From contig JBGCFM010000135.1 in assembly GCA_045106895.1 (NCBI GenBank), positions 1 through 51,141 of the forward strand: a stretch of DNA of 51,141 nt, read 5' to 3'. The translations under genes and the position numbers were made by a program. How positions within the stretch are numbered: the first letter of the stretch is position 1; each line of letters starts with the position of its first letter. The notes under the pieces were generated by a model. The model made no database searches, was not told the DNA's origin, and saw only the letters and a list, made by a program, of their open reading frames with translations. Source of the DNA: Polyangiales bacterium. Lineage in GTDB: Bacteria; Myxococcota_A; Polyangia; Polyangiales; Houyiibacteriaceae. This document shows, in pieces, positions 9,674 through 20,606 of this stretch.

Positions 9674-10950
9674 CGCGGGCCCTCGTCGCCGTCGTCACCC
9701 TCGCCAGCCTCATTGGCGCTTGGAACAGGATCGTCCGGCCCGCGGAGAAGCATGCCTTCGACCGGTGCGTTGACACGGCTGGTGATCACAAGGTCTCCGT
9801 CGCTCAGGCCCGACGAGGTGATGACCGCGTCATCCAGGCTCCAGGCGACGCCGATTTGACGGATCTCGAGCTCTCGCGCTGGCGTCATTACGTACACGAT
9901 GTTGCCTTCCCGGACGGCGCGACGGGGAACCTGCACGCCGGAGAGCTCGCCGCCTTCGATTTGTACACGTACGTACGTGCCGAGGAGAAGCGGGGGGCCC
10001 GGATCCGTCGTCTCCGCGATGCGCAGAGGGTCCGGCACTTCCACCAGAATACGCGCCATGCTGCCCGCCGGATCCAAGTCGGGCAGGAGCCGAATGACGT
10101 GCCCCTCGCGGACGACGCTCACATCGCCGACGTCGTGTTCGATGGTGACCCGAGCGCCGGGTTCATCACCACTGGGCAACTGGATTCGTCCAAGAGAGGC
10201 GAGGGGGACGCTGACTTGGACCCAAGCTTCGTCCGTTCCAACGAGCGTCGCGAGCTGCGCGCCGGGCGCCACGTACTGCCCGACGTCGAGATTCTCGGAA
10301 ACTACGGTGGCGTTGAAGGGCGCGCGGACCACGGTGCGCGCGAGGTTGAGCCGCGCCGAGCGAACCGCGTTTTGCGCAGCGCGCACGGCCACGCCGGCGG
10401 TCTCGCGCTGGGGCCCTCGCAACGCGAGGTCGCGGCCTTCGCCGGACCCTTGGTCTTCTCCGCCAAAAGCTTCCCACTCGCGCTGCGCAACGGTGCCGCG
10501 TCTCTCTTCGAGCTGAAGCTCAAGCTGACTGCGGTGCACCTCGGCGGCGCGGGATTCCACCGCCAGCGAGAAATCGCGCGCGTCGACGCGGAAAAGCTGT
10601 GCGCCGGATTCAAGGCGTCCGCCGGGGACGAGTTCCGAGTTTACGCTTCGAACGCGCCCCGGGACTTCCGATGAAACAACGACGCGACGGGCGGGCATCA
10701 CCTGCCCCTGAGCGTCGATGCTGATGGGGAAGCTGCCGTCTTCCACGGCGCTGGTTTCGACGAGCAGTCCGATGGACGTTCGTTCTTGGCGCGCCGGTTC
10801 GGGCTTGGTCGCGATGAGGGCACGGACGCCAACCACACCGGCAACAAGGACGACAATGGGGATCACACCACGCAATACCTGCGTGGACGTTTTTGGCGGC
10901 AGTGGCCCGGCGCTCTCGCGGTAAGGTCCCTCGGAATCAGGCGGGTTCAC
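9670..10950 (-). CDS. RND periplasmic adaptor (membrane fusion protein)
   Basis: Single N-terminal TM; lipoyl half-motifs SEVPGRV and VRAPFNATVV; helical hairpin; overlaps both neighbours. Confidence 0.93.
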   Translation of the reverse strand: MNPPDSEGPYRESAGPLPPKTSTQVLRGVIPIVVLVAGVVGVRALIATKPEPARQERTSIGLLVETSAVEDGSFPISIDAQGQVMPARRVVVSSEVPGRVRSVNSELVPGGRLESGAQLFRVDARDFSLAVESRAAEVHRSQLELQLEERRGTVAQREWEAFGGEDQGSGEGRDLALRGPQRETAGVAVRAAQNAVRSARLNLARTVVRAPFNATVVSENLDVGQYVAPGAQLATLVGTDEAWVQVSVPLASLGRIQLPSGDEPGARVTIEHDVGDVSVVREGHVIRLLPDLDPAGSMARILVEVPDPLRIAETTDPGPPLLLGTYVRVQIEGGELSGVQVPRRAVREGNIVYVMTPARELEIRQIGVAWSLDDAVITSSGLSDGDLVITSRVNAPVEGMLLRGPDDPVPSANEAGEGDDGDEGPR

Positions 10951-12410
10951 GACTCATCTCCTTCTTCGTTCTCGCGCAGCCGGCTCGGTTCGGGGCGCTC
11001 AGCGTTCCACGCGCCGCCGAGGGCACGGTGGAGTTGGATGCGGCTCGACACTACTTGTCTCTCCGCATCCTGAAGTTGCAGGCGCAGCGCGTGACGCGCC
11101 TGAAGTGCGCCGAGCACCGGTAGGTAGTCCGAGAGACCGGCGCGAAAACGAGCTTGAGCAGACTCGAGCGTCTCATCGGCGATGGTCGCCTGGGTGCGTA
11201 GAAGCTCAAGGTTCCGGGCTTGGTGGTGCTCTTGGCGAATGGCGGATTCCACCTCGAAGAGCGCCTGGAGAACCACTTGATGAAACGCTTCAATAAGTAG
11301 CTGCTGCCCGGACTCTTGGGCGCGGACGGCGGAGCGACCTGCGAACCCGTCAAAGAGAGGAATGTCGATGGAGGCCCCTGCGCCCAAGGTGAAACCGCTC
11401 GCTACTCGGGCCTCACCTCCGCCGATGGGTGAGTCGTCACCGAACTCGTTTCGGTTCCACGAGTAACCCGGGGTGACGTTTAGGCGAATGCTCGGCATGC
11501 GTGCGGCAACGGCGGCGGCGATGCGTCGGTCGGATGCTTCCACGCGGCGCTGTGCTGCCCGCACATCAGGGCGCTGTTCGATGAGGTCCCCGCTCGCGCC
11601 GGTGGGCGGCGCCGCACCAAGCTCGGGAAGGGTGGCTCCTTCGGGGAGCGAGAGCTCCCCCCGCGTGCGCCCGAGGAGAAGCGCGAGCTGCTGCTCAAAG
11701 AGCTCCCGCTGCAACTCCGTGAGTTCCATTTGCGATGCGGAGCGCGCCGCCTGAAGCCGCTGCTGGTGCACGTCCACGGAAGACGCCAGGCCCTCACGGA
11801 AACGCAGCGTGACCAGCTCCAGATAGGTGGCATCAAGTTCGCTCTGTTGTTGGAGCAGAGCTTCTCTCGCGCGGGTGTTGACGAGGTCGTACCAGGCTTC
11901 GGCGATCTGAGCCGACATCGTGAGCGCCATCGCGTCTACATCTTCTCGCGTTGCTTCCGCTTCGAGGGAAGCCGCCTGATGCGTCCGCGCCGCTCGTGCG
12001 AACACGTCCAGCTCGTAGCTCACCGGCAATGACACGCTCGCGCTCTGGCTCGTCGCCGAGCCGAAAGCACCGACGGAACGATTCCAGCCGACGTTTCCGG
12101 TGGCGCGTACCTGCGGGAAGCGACCTGCCCGGGCCTGATCCGCGAGGGCTTTACTTTGCTCAAGTCGAGCCCATTGCTGACGAAGCGTCAGGTTCTGCTC
12201 AAGGCCTTGGTCGATGAGCGCTTGAAGAGCAGGGTCGCCGAAAACCAGCCACCAGGGCCCAGCGGCCTGTGAGGTTTCACGCTCGTCGCCGCTCGTCTCC
12301 GTGAACTCTGGGAAAGGAGGCAATGGACGGTCGGGCTGAGGCGAACGGAGCTTGGTGCAGCCGCCAAGCGCGAACCCGAGAGATGATAGTAGGACGATGA
12401 AGTGCTTCAT
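10947..12410 (-). CDS. Outer membrane efflux factor, NodT/OprM-type lipoprotein
   Basis: Lipobox LGGC, WWLVFGDPALQALI, SYELDVF, RPDVRAA, LHRALGGAW; start re-called to ATG 12410. Confidence 0.92.
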   Translation of the reverse strand: MKHFIVLLSSLGFALGGCTKLRSPQPDRPLPPFPEFTETSGDERETSQAAGPWWLVFGDPALQALIDQGLEQNLTLRQQWARLEQSKALADQARAGRFPQVRATGNVGWNRSVGAFGSATSQSASVSLPVSYELDVFARAARTHQAASLEAEATREDVDAMALTMSAQIAEAWYDLVNTRAREALLQQQSELDATYLELVTLRFREGLASSVDVHQQRLQAARSASQMELTELQRELFEQQLALLLGRTRGELSLPEGATLPELGAAPPTGASGDLIEQRPDVRAAQRRVEASDRRIAAAVAARMPSIRLNVTPGYSWNRNEFGDDSPIGGGEARVASGFTLGAGASIDIPLFDGFAGRSAVRAQESGQQLLIEAFHQVVLQALFEVESAIRQEHHQARNLELLRTQATIADETLESAQARFRAGLSDYLPVLGALQARHALRLQLQDAERQVVSSRIQLHRALGGAWNAERPEPSRLRENEEGDES

Positions 12411-13045
12411 GGGCGAGCCGAAAGAGAGCGCAAGAGGGAGCGCAGCTGAGCGCCGCGTAGCAAAGCTGGGTCGAAGGCGCCAAGGCGCAAGCGCGTCCCT
12501 GCAGGATTCGACGAGAAGAGCTGAGCGCCGAAGATTGCTCCCCAAAGTGCCAACGCGTCGTAGCGGGGCTGCACCTCTGCGTGAACGGAGCCGTCGCTTT
12601 GGCCGCGTTCGAGGAGTGTCTCGAAGAAGCGGAGCATTCCTTGGGCCCGGTGCTGGTAGGCGTTGAACGCGTCACTGCCCGCATCGATGTCCTTCGTTCG
12701 CCACCACTCCGCCATCACACGTCCGACGTGGGGTCGTTTGTCCAGGTGGGAAAGCCACTTCTCAAGGACCCCCTCCATGGCGGCGAGGCCGTTCGGCGCC
12801 TCGTCGGCGATGGCTCGAAACTCGGACAGGAGAGACGAGAGATTTCGCTCTGCCACGCACGCACAGAGCGCATCGCGGCTCGGAAAGTAGAGGTAGACGG
12901 TCCCCTTGGCCACGGAGGCGTGTGCAGCGACGTCCTGCATCTTCAGGCCCTCATACCCCGAAGCGAAGAGACATATTTCACCCGCTGCGAGAATTTCTTC
13001 CCGTCGTTTCGCACGACGAATGCTCTGGTTCTCCTGCACCCACAT
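12407..13045 (-). CDS. TetR/AcrR family transcriptional regulator
   Basis: HTH GYEGLKMQDVAAHASVAKGTVYLYFPSRDAL. Confidence 0.95.
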   Translation of the reverse strand: MWVQENQSIRRAKRREEILAAGEICLFASGYEGLKMQDVAAHASVAKGTVYLYFPSRDALCACVAERNLSSLLSEFRAIADEAPNGLAAMEGVLEKWLSHLDKRPHVGRVMAEWWRTKDIDAGSDAFNAYQHRAQGMLRFFETLLERGQSDGSVHAEVQPRYDALALWGAIFGAQLFSSNPAGTRLRLGAFDPALLRGAQLRSLLRSLSARP

Positions 13046-13078
13046 CCAGTCGGGTTCGGCGGCACGGGGTTACAAGGA

Positions 13079-13099
13079 AAAATGACCCCGGGTCATTTT
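13079..13099. promoter_or_regulatory. Inverted repeat, probable TetR operator
   Basis: AAAATGACC-CCG-GGTCATTTT, perfect 9-bp arms, 33 bp upstream of the tetR ATG. Confidence 0.7.
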
Positions 13100-13218
13100 G
13101 TGCCTCGTTGTGCGCCTAAGTGCTTGAAAAGCAACGCGTTTGTCGTGCCGGTCTCAGCGTCGCAATGCTACCCGGCGTCGCTCAAGCGTTGTCAGCGAGC
13201 TGCTGATTCTGTCGAAAC

Positions 13219-13293
13219 TGGTGGGAGAACGGGGTGTCGAACCCCGGACCCACGCCGTGTAAAGGCGTCGCTCTACCACTGAGCTATTCTCCC
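13219..13293 (-). tRNA. tRNA-Val, anticodon TAC
   Basis: Cloverleaf GGGAGAA-TA-GCTC AGTGGTA GAGC-G-ACGCC TTTACAC GGCGT-GGGTC-CGGGG TTCGACA CCCCG-TTCTCCC-A-CCA, 75 nt. Confidence 0.97.
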
Positions 13294-13325
13294 AATCCCC
13301 TGGAAGAGGTCCCAGGAGAGGCGGG

Positions 13326-13334
13326 ACCATAGCA
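13326..13334 (-). promoter_or_regulatory. Candidate extended -10 promoter of tRNA-Val
   Basis: TGC-TATGGT followed by GC-rich discriminator CCCGCC. Confidence 0.45.
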
Positions 13335-13466
13335 GCGTTGCGCACGCCGCCCAGGGAAAAGGTCGCTTTGGGGCACAACAAAAGCCGTTACTCGGCTTTG
13401 TATGAACATGGCCCGAGCGGAGTGCTCCTGGCGCCGGCGCTGGTGTTCCGGCGTCGTTGCTCATGA

Positions 13467-13491
13467 CAAACGCCGTCCGGGTGGACGGCGT
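13467..13491 (-). terminator. Putative intrinsic terminator
   Basis: ACGCCGTCC-ACCC-GGACGGCGT hairpin with short TTTG tail, after the gene ending at 13519. Confidence 0.45.
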
Positions 13492-13518
13492 CGCTAAATC
13501 ATCCGGCGTTGACGCCGC

Positions 13519-14010
13519 TTAGTCGATGGCGATGAGCGCCAGACCGCCGGCGGCGATGCCGATGGTCAGGCCAAGAATCAGCAGGTAGGTCTTCACCGTC
13601 GCGAACTGCGAAACCTGAACCGTCTCGATGTCGGCGAGAGGCACCGTGGAGCGCTCGGTCTGTGGACCTTGGACTGTCAGCGCGCCGTCAGCGATGGCCG
13701 CAGCGACGGGTCCGCTGACGTCGAGACGGCCTGCAGCAGTGGTGATGCGTGCGTCGTAGGGCGGCCGAATTCGGACTTCATCCCCATCGACGTCCTCAAT
13801 GGTCGTCCCCGTCACCGCCGTCGATGGAGAGACTCCTCCTTCTTCGCCGGTCTCGATGGCTTCCTGCAACTGTGCCGAAGAGGCAGCCGAGAGGCGCTGG
13901 AGGTCTTGAGGACGGATATCCACCCAGTTGATGCAGCCGAGGTGAACTACGGAAGCCGCCACCGAGAGCACTAGACTGACGGTCCCAAGGCCGGCGTTTC
14001 CACGATTCAT
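13519..14010 (-). CDS. Hypothetical lipoprotein with C-terminal transmembrane helix
   Basis: Start re-called to ATG 14010 with GGAG upstream; hydrophobic N-terminus ending HLGC; C-terminal YLLILGLTIGIAAGGLALIAI. Confidence 0.7.
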   Translation of the reverse strand: MNRGNAGLGTVSLVLSVAASVVHLGCINWVDIRPQDLQRLSAASSAQLQEAIETGEEGGVSPSTAVTGTTIEDVDGDEVRIRPPYDARITTAAGRLDVSGPVAAAIADGALTVQGPQTERSTVPLADIETVQVSQFATVKTYLLILGLTIGIAAGGLALIAID

Positions 14011-14041
14011 GGTGTCTTTCTCCGTGGGGTCTTGGCGCCGG

Positions 14042-16519
14042 CTATTGCTGGGTGCCGGGTGCGGGTGCGTTGGGCGCAGGGGCTTGCGCTGTGGGTTCGA
14101 TGAGCTTGCCATGTCGGTACTCAACGGGACGATTGCGGCTCTTCCCGAAGAGGGCGTCAGGATCGCTCAACACCAGCGCTTCGGCAAGAACTTCATCCAT
14201 ATGCTCGATGAGCACGATTCGCATTGCCTGGAGGACACGACGCGGGATTTCGCGGAGGTCCTTCCGGTTTTCTTCCGGAATCAGGATGGTGTCGATGCCG
14301 GCGCGGTGGGCTGCGAGCATCTTCTCTTTGAGCCCTCCGATGGCGCCGACGCGACCGCGAAGCGTGATCTCGCCCGTCATCGCCACGTTGCTGCGCACGG
14401 GGATTTTCGTCAGGGCGCTGGCAATGGAGGTCGCCATCGTGACGCCGGCGCTGTTGCCGTCCTTGCCGATGCCGCCGGGGAAATGAACGTGAAGGTCGTA
14501 CTTTTGGTAGAAGTCTTCATCGAGTCCAAGGACCGCCTGCCGTGAGCGAATGTAGCTCATGGCGGCCTTGCCGGACTCTTCCATCATCTGCTTGATCATG
14601 CCGCTGACCTGAAGCTTGCCCTTGCCGGGGAGCACGACGGCTTCGCACTCGAGGATGTTCCCGCCGAGTCCAGTCATCACGCTTAGGCCGTGGGTCAGTC
14701 CGATTTCGTCCTTGTTCGACTTCTTGTCTGGGAGGACTTTGGGAACGCCGAGGAGCTCGGGGATATCCCGCGCTGCGACTCGGTAGGTCTGCTCTTTGCC
14801 TTCCTTGAGAACGCGACGTGAGATCTTGCGGCAAACGCTGCCGATCTCGCGCTCCAGGTTTCGAACGCCGCTCTCCATCGTGTAGTGATGGACCAGGGTA
14901 CGAATCGCGTTCTCCGTGATCTCCACGTTTACGTCGCTGAGACCGGCGGCTTCCAGCTGACGTGGAACCAAGTAACGGACGGCGATGTTGAGCTTCTCGA
15001 ACTCCGTGTATCCGCTGAGCTGGAGAATCTCCATGCGGTCTCGGAGTGGAAGAGGGATGCCCCCGAGGTCATTCGCCGTCGTGATGAACATGACGTCCGA
15101 GAGGTCGTAGTCCATGTCGAGGTAGTGGTCGTTGAACGTGTCGTTCTGCTCCGGGTCCAGGACCTCGAGGAGCGCGGCGGCTGGGTCGCCTCGGAAGTCG
15201 CTCGACATCTTGTCGATCTCGTCGAGCAAGAACACGGGGTTGTTCGTGCCGGTCTTGCGCAAAGACTGAATCAGGCGGCCGGGAAGGGCGCCGATGTAGG
15301 TTCGGCGGTGACCGCGAATCTCCGCTTCGTCGCGCACGCCACCGAGGCTGAGGCGCACAAACTCGCGGCCCGTCGCACGCGCGATGGAGCGAGCGAGTGA
15401 GGTCTTGCCGACACCTGGAGGTCCAACGAGGCAAAGGACAGGTCCCTTGAGCTTCTGAACCAGCGCCTGGACAGCGAGGTATTCGAGAACGCGCTCTTTC
15501 GGCTTCTTGAGACCGTAGTGGTCTTCGTCGAGGGTCGCCTCGGCGACGTCGAGGTCGTAGTTCTCTTCGCTCATGTCGAACCAAGGAAGTCCGAGCACCC
15601 AGTCGATGTAGTTTCGAACGACCGTCGCCTCGGCGCTCATCGGCTGCATCATCTTGAGCTTCTTCAGCTCCTTGGTGACCTTCGTGAGCGCTTCTTTGGT
15701 GAGCTTCTTCTCTTTGAGCTTCTCTTCGATCTCCTGGATCTCAGACTTGAACTCGTCGCGTTCGCCGAGCTCCTTCTGAATGGCCTGCATCTGCTCATTC
15801 AGGTAGTATTCCTTCTGCGACTTCTCCATTTGCTTCTTCACGCGCGAACGGATCTTCTTCTCCACCTGAAGAATCTCGATCTCGGCGTTCATCAGCTCGT
15901 AGAGTCGTTCAAGCCGCGCACCGGGATCCGTCGTCTCAAGGATCTCTTGGCGGTCGGCGAGCTTCACGCTCGTCAGGTGCACCACGATGGTGTCTGCGAG
16001 GCGCGAAGGCTCCTCGATGGTCTGCACCGTCATGAGCATCTCGGGCGGGATGCGCTTGTTGAGCTTTACGTAGGCCTCGAAGGTGTTCTGAACACTGCGC
16101 ATGAGCGCGTCGACCTCGCCGGACGCACTTGGTGTGTCCTCGACGGTCTCGACATCGCAAAGGAAGAATTCGTCGTTGGGGATGAAGCGCTTGATGCGTG
16201 AGCGGCGTTTGCCTTCGACGAGCACCTTGACGGTGCCATCGGGAAGTCGGAGCAGCTGAATGATGGTGCCAACGGTGCCGACGTCGAAGATGTCCTCTGG
16301 CGAGGGGTCGTTCGTCTTGGCCTTCTTCTGCGCCGCAAGGAGGATCTCCTTGTCGTGGCTCATCGCCTCTTCGAGGGCGTTGATGGACTTCTCACGTCCG
16401 ACGAAGAGCGGAACGACCATGTGGGGGAACACGATGATGTCGCGCAGTGGCAGCAAAGGAACGACTTTCGCTCGGTCCTGTTTGCGTTTCTCTTCGGTGT
16501 CGTTCTTGTGGAAGAACAT
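14042..16519 (-). CDS. lon: ATP-dependent protease La (LonA)
   Basis: [12 protein letters not shown], Walker [33 protein letters not shown]. Confidence 0.98.
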   Translation of the reverse strand: MFFHKNDTEEKRKQDRAKVVPLLPLRDIIVFPHMVVPLFVGREKSINALEEAMSHDKEILLAAQKKAKTNDPSPEDIFDVGTVGTIIQLLRLPDGTVKVLVEGKRRSRIKRFIPNDEFFLCDVETVEDTPSASGEVDALMRSVQNTFEAYVKLNKRIPPEMLMTVQTIEEPSRLADTIVVHLTSVKLADRQEILETTDPGARLERLYELMNAEIEILQVEKKIRSRVKKQMEKSQKEYYLNEQMQAIQKELGERDEFKSEIQEIEEKLKEKKLTKEALTKVTKELKKLKMMQPMSAEATVVRNYIDWVLGLPWFDMSEENYDLDVAEATLDEDHYGLKKPKERVLEYLAVQALVQKLKGPVLCLVGPPGVGKTSLARSIARATGREFVRLSLGGVRDEAEIRGHRRTYIGALPGRLIQSLRKTGTNNPVFLLDEIDKMSSDFRGDPAAALLEVLDPEQNDTFNDHYLDMDYDLSDVMFITTANDLGGIPLPLRDRMEILQLSGYTEFEKLNIAVRYLVPRQLEAAGLSDVNVEITENAIRTLVHHYTMESGVRNLEREIGSVCRKISRRVLKEGKEQTYRVAARDIPELLGVPKVLPDKKSNKDEIGLTHGLSVMTGLGGNILECEAVVLPGKGKLQVSGMIKQMMEESGKAAMSYIRSRQAVLGLDEDFYQKYDLHVHFPGGIGKDGNSAGVTMATSIASALTKIPVRSNVAMTGEITLRGRVGAIGGLKEKMLAAHRAGIDTILIPEENRKDLREIPRRVLQAMRIVLIEHMDEVLAEALVLSDPDALFGKSRNRPVEYRHGKLIEPTAQAPAPNAPAPGTQQ

Positions 16520-16657
16520 GGCGCTCCAGTTGCGGTGGGAAAATGACCGCAGGCAAACATGAGTCGGCGAATGGCCGGGTGTGCCCCGTCACGCGGGGCC
16601 GAAAACATGGGCCTAACATGTGCCAGGCCCTTATAGAGGGAACGTAGAGAGAGAAGA

Positions 16658-17917
<1,260 letters not shown>

Positions 17918-18014
17918 CCTAAAAAACCTATCCCTTCCTATCCTCCGAGAGGATAGCGCCCGCCAATTCGGCCGGCAAGCAAGGTGCAAAAAGCACCCCG
18001 ACTTGTGTTATTTG

Positions 18015-18635
18015 CTACTTCTTCTTCGTCTTTTTGCGTGGTGCCACGACTTCGTCAATGATTCCGTATTCCTTGGCCTGGTCAGCCGAGAGATAACGGT
18101 CGCGTTCCGTGTCTTCTTTGATCTTTTCGGCCTTTTGTCCCGTGTGGTGGGCCATGATCTCGTTCATTCGAGTCCGAAGAGAGATGATCTCGTTGGCGTG
18201 AATCTCGATATCCGTGGCCTGCCCGCGGTAACCGCCGAGGGGCTGGTGAATCATGACGCGACTGTTTGGGAGCGCGCGGCGCATCCCAGGGCTGCCAGCC
18301 GCGAGGAGCCAAGCGCCCATCGAGGCGGCCTGTCCAAGGCAAACCGTGGCCACTGGGCAGCGCACGTATTGCATGGTGTCGTAGATCGCCATGCCCGCCG
18401 TGATCACACCGCCCGGACTGTTGATGTAGAGAGTGATCTCTTTGTCCGGGTCTTCGCTCTCCAAAAAGAGCATCTGGGCGATGATCGTGTTGGCGACGGG
18501 GTCGTTGACCTCGGTGCCGAGGAAAATGATGCGGTCTTTGAGAAGACGGCTGTAGATGTCCCACGCGCGCTCGCCGCGGTGGGTGCTCTCCACAACAACT
18601 GGGACATACGCGCGGGGCTGGTCGAGTTCTCTCAT
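18015..18635 (-). CDS. clpP: Clp protease proteolytic subunit
   Basis: [33 protein letters not shown]. Confidence 0.98.
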   Translation of the reverse strand: MRELDQPRAYVPVVVESTHRGERAWDIYSRLLKDRIIFLGTEVNDPVANTIIAQMLFLESEDPDKEITLYINSPGGVITAGMAIYDTMQYVRCPVATVCLGQAASMGAWLLAAGSPGMRRALPNSRVMIHQPLGGYRGQATDIEIHANEIISLRTRMNEIMAHHTGQKAEKIKEDTERDRYLSADQAKEYGIIDEVVAPRKKTKKK

Positions 18636-20011
18636 TCGCTAGTCTCCGGGGTATCGGCCTTGGCCTTGGACTTCTTCGCCTTGGCCTTCTTCTTTGGGGC
18701 CTTTTTCTCGGATGTCTCGTCTTCCACGGTGGATGTCTCCACCATGTTTTCGTCAATCGTCGCCTTCGACTTGAGGAAAGCGACGATTTTTTCTTCAAGA
18801 AGCTGGTTTTCAAGCTGTCCGCGACGTTCGCCGGCGTACTCGACCTTCACCTTCGCGATGTGCTTGCCCGTATCTTCCGCGATCGTAGCGAGTTTCGCGT
18901 CGAGTTCGTCGTTGGTCACATCGATGCCTTCGATGCGCGCCAGTGCACCCAGGACGATGCCGGCCTTCACGCGGCGCTCAGCTCGTCCATCGACGTCGCC
19001 CAGCATGCTTGGGTCGATCTGCTGCCCGGTCATCTGTGCGAACTGAATGAACTCCTGGATCATCTGCTGGCGCTGCTGCTGGAGCATGCTCGGCGGCACG
19101 GGGATCTCATTCGTCTCGATGAGTTTGTCGATGAGCTTCTCTCTAAGGATGCTCTCTTCACGACGCTCGTTTTCTTTTTCGAGGTCTCCACGAACGTGGG
19201 CTTTGAGGTCAGCGAGCGTCTTGTGCTCTCCGACGTCCTGCGCGAACTCATCGTCGAGGTCCGGGAGGAGTCGTTCTTTGATCTCTTTGAGCTGAACTTC
19301 AAAGACAGCAGGCTTTCCGGCGAGCTCTTCCCGTGGGTTGTCCTCGGGGAAGGTCACGTCCACGTTTCGGGACTCTCCGGGGGAGAGGCCAAGAAGACCC
19401 TCGCGGAAAGCGTCCAAGAGACCTTCGTCACCGAGGTCGACTTCACGAGCTTCCGCACCGAGGTCCGGATGAAGCTCGCCGTCCACGCGAACGGCGTAGT
19501 CGATGGTCAGAAGGTCTGTTTCCTTGGCCCCACGCATCGGCTCGGGCTCCCGAAGGTCGGAGGCGGAGTGGCGAAGGCGGGAAATCGACTCGTCCACCGC
19601 TTCTTCGCTGACGGCGACGGGCTTGTGACCCACGGTCAGCTTGGAGACATCGACGGCTTCGAGAACCGGCTGAACTTCGATCTTGGCGCTAAAACGAAGG
19701 CCCTCACCCTTTGTGAACACAGGCTCGTCCACCTCGGGCTGTGCCACGATCTGGATCTTGTGCTTCTGCACGGCTTCCATGAGGCCGCGCTCGACGAGGG
19801 TGCCGGTGACCTCCGCCTCAACCTGGGCGCCGTAGAGCTTTCGAACGACGTGCGTTGGGACTTTTCCGGGCCGAAAGCCGCGAACCTTGGCCGTCCGGGC
19901 GAGGGTCTTGAAGCTTGAGCTGAGCTCTTTGTTCACGGTCTCCCATGGGACCTCCACTTTGACCTCAACCATTACTGGACTGATTTCGCTTAGTTCCGTT
20001 TGCACCGTCAT
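18632..20011 (-). CDS. tig: Trigger factor
   Basis: GFRPGKVP ribosome-binding motif, FKBP-like middle domain, directly upstream of clpP. Confidence 0.95.
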   Translation of the reverse strand: MTVQTELSEISPVMVEVKVEVPWETVNKELSSSFKTLARTAKVRGFRPGKVPTHVVRKLYGAQVEAEVTGTLVERGLMEAVQKHKIQIVAQPEVDEPVFTKGEGLRFSAKIEVQPVLEAVDVSKLTVGHKPVAVSEEAVDESISRLRHSASDLREPEPMRGAKETDLLTIDYAVRVDGELHPDLGAEAREVDLGDEGLLDAFREGLLGLSPGESRNVDVTFPEDNPREELAGKPAVFEVQLKEIKERLLPDLDDEFAQDVGEHKTLADLKAHVRGDLEKENERREESILREKLIDKLIETNEIPVPPSMLQQQRQQMIQEFIQFAQMTGQQIDPSMLGDVDGRAERRVKAGIVLGALARIEGIDVTNDELDAKLATIAEDTGKHIAKVKVEYAGERRGQLENQLLEEKIVAFLKSKATIDENMVETSTVEDETSEKKAPKKKAKAKKSKAKADTPETSE

Positions 20012-20094
20012 CTCACCGTCATCTCTTACTCGGGGTTCTCACTACGTCTGCCGCAGGAGTTCAAGGTCCGCAAAAATGCGCACGCCGATGGGCT

Positions 20095-20123
20095 TACGTA
20101 ATGCCGGCGCCGAGAAGGGTCAA
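20095..20123 (-). promoter_or_regulatory. Candidate sigma70-type promoter for tig
   Basis: TTGACC-N17-TACGTA. Confidence 0.35.
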
Positions 20124-20240
20124 GGTCGAAGGGTGCGGGTCCGCCGCCAAAAAGCCCTCAAGAAACGCACCCCCAGGGTGACGTGCGAAAGGCGGAAGGA
20201 AGCAGCGGCGGAGCGTCGCTCAGGGAGCGAGCGAGGGAGG

Positions 20241-20564
20241 TCACCCAAGCTTGAGGAGCTTCCACTCGACGGCGGATTTCCAGACGTCGAAGTCCCCTCC
20301 GATGTAGGCGGCAAACGCTGCCTCAACGACGTCGAGGGCCACATGAGCGGATGACCCGAAGTGTGTGTCGTTCGAGCCTTCTCGGTATTCCAGCGCATAC
20401 TCACTCTCGGATTCGCGGAACGTCTGCACGTAGCGTTGGTCTTCGAGGGCGAGCACGGCAAATTCGTCCACCTCCAGGAGTTGCAGTGCTTGCAGCATCG
20501 TCTCCTCGGTGAGCGATCCGTCGGCTTGGGTGAGCTTCCGCTCGTCGTTGATGTTGAGGTCCAT
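20241..20564 (-). CDS. Small acidic hypothetical protein
   Basis: ATG 20564 with GGAG 6 nt upstream; in-frame upstream starts in the repeat extend it to 20600; YVQ...YALEYREG...AFAAYIGGD..W...W. Confidence 0.65.
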   Translation of the reverse strand: MDLNINDERKLTQADGSLTEETMLQALQLLEVDEFAVLALEDQRYVQTFRESESEYALEYREGSNDTHFGSSAHVALDVVEAAFAAYIGGDFDVWKSAVEWKLLKLG

Positions 20565-20600
20565 GTTCATCTCCACGTTCATCTCCACGTTCATCTCCAC
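20565..20600. repeat. Perfect 3 x 12-bp tandem repeat
   Basis: gttcatctccac at 20565, 20577 and 20589 (GTGGAGATGAAC on the - strand). Confidence 0.95.
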
Positions 20601-20606
20601 GCGTGA

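Noticed and set aside
5786..13219. Genomic island integrated at tRNA-Val carrying the efflux operon
   Set aside because: No integrase, no duplicated tRNA 3' end seen and no evident compositional shift
20012..20240. tRNA-Leu or structured RNA upstream of tig
   Set aside because: No cloverleaf or T-loop found; only a promoter-like motif
20565..20600. CRISPR-like repeat
   Set aside because: 12-bp units are contiguous with no spacers, and there are no cas genes
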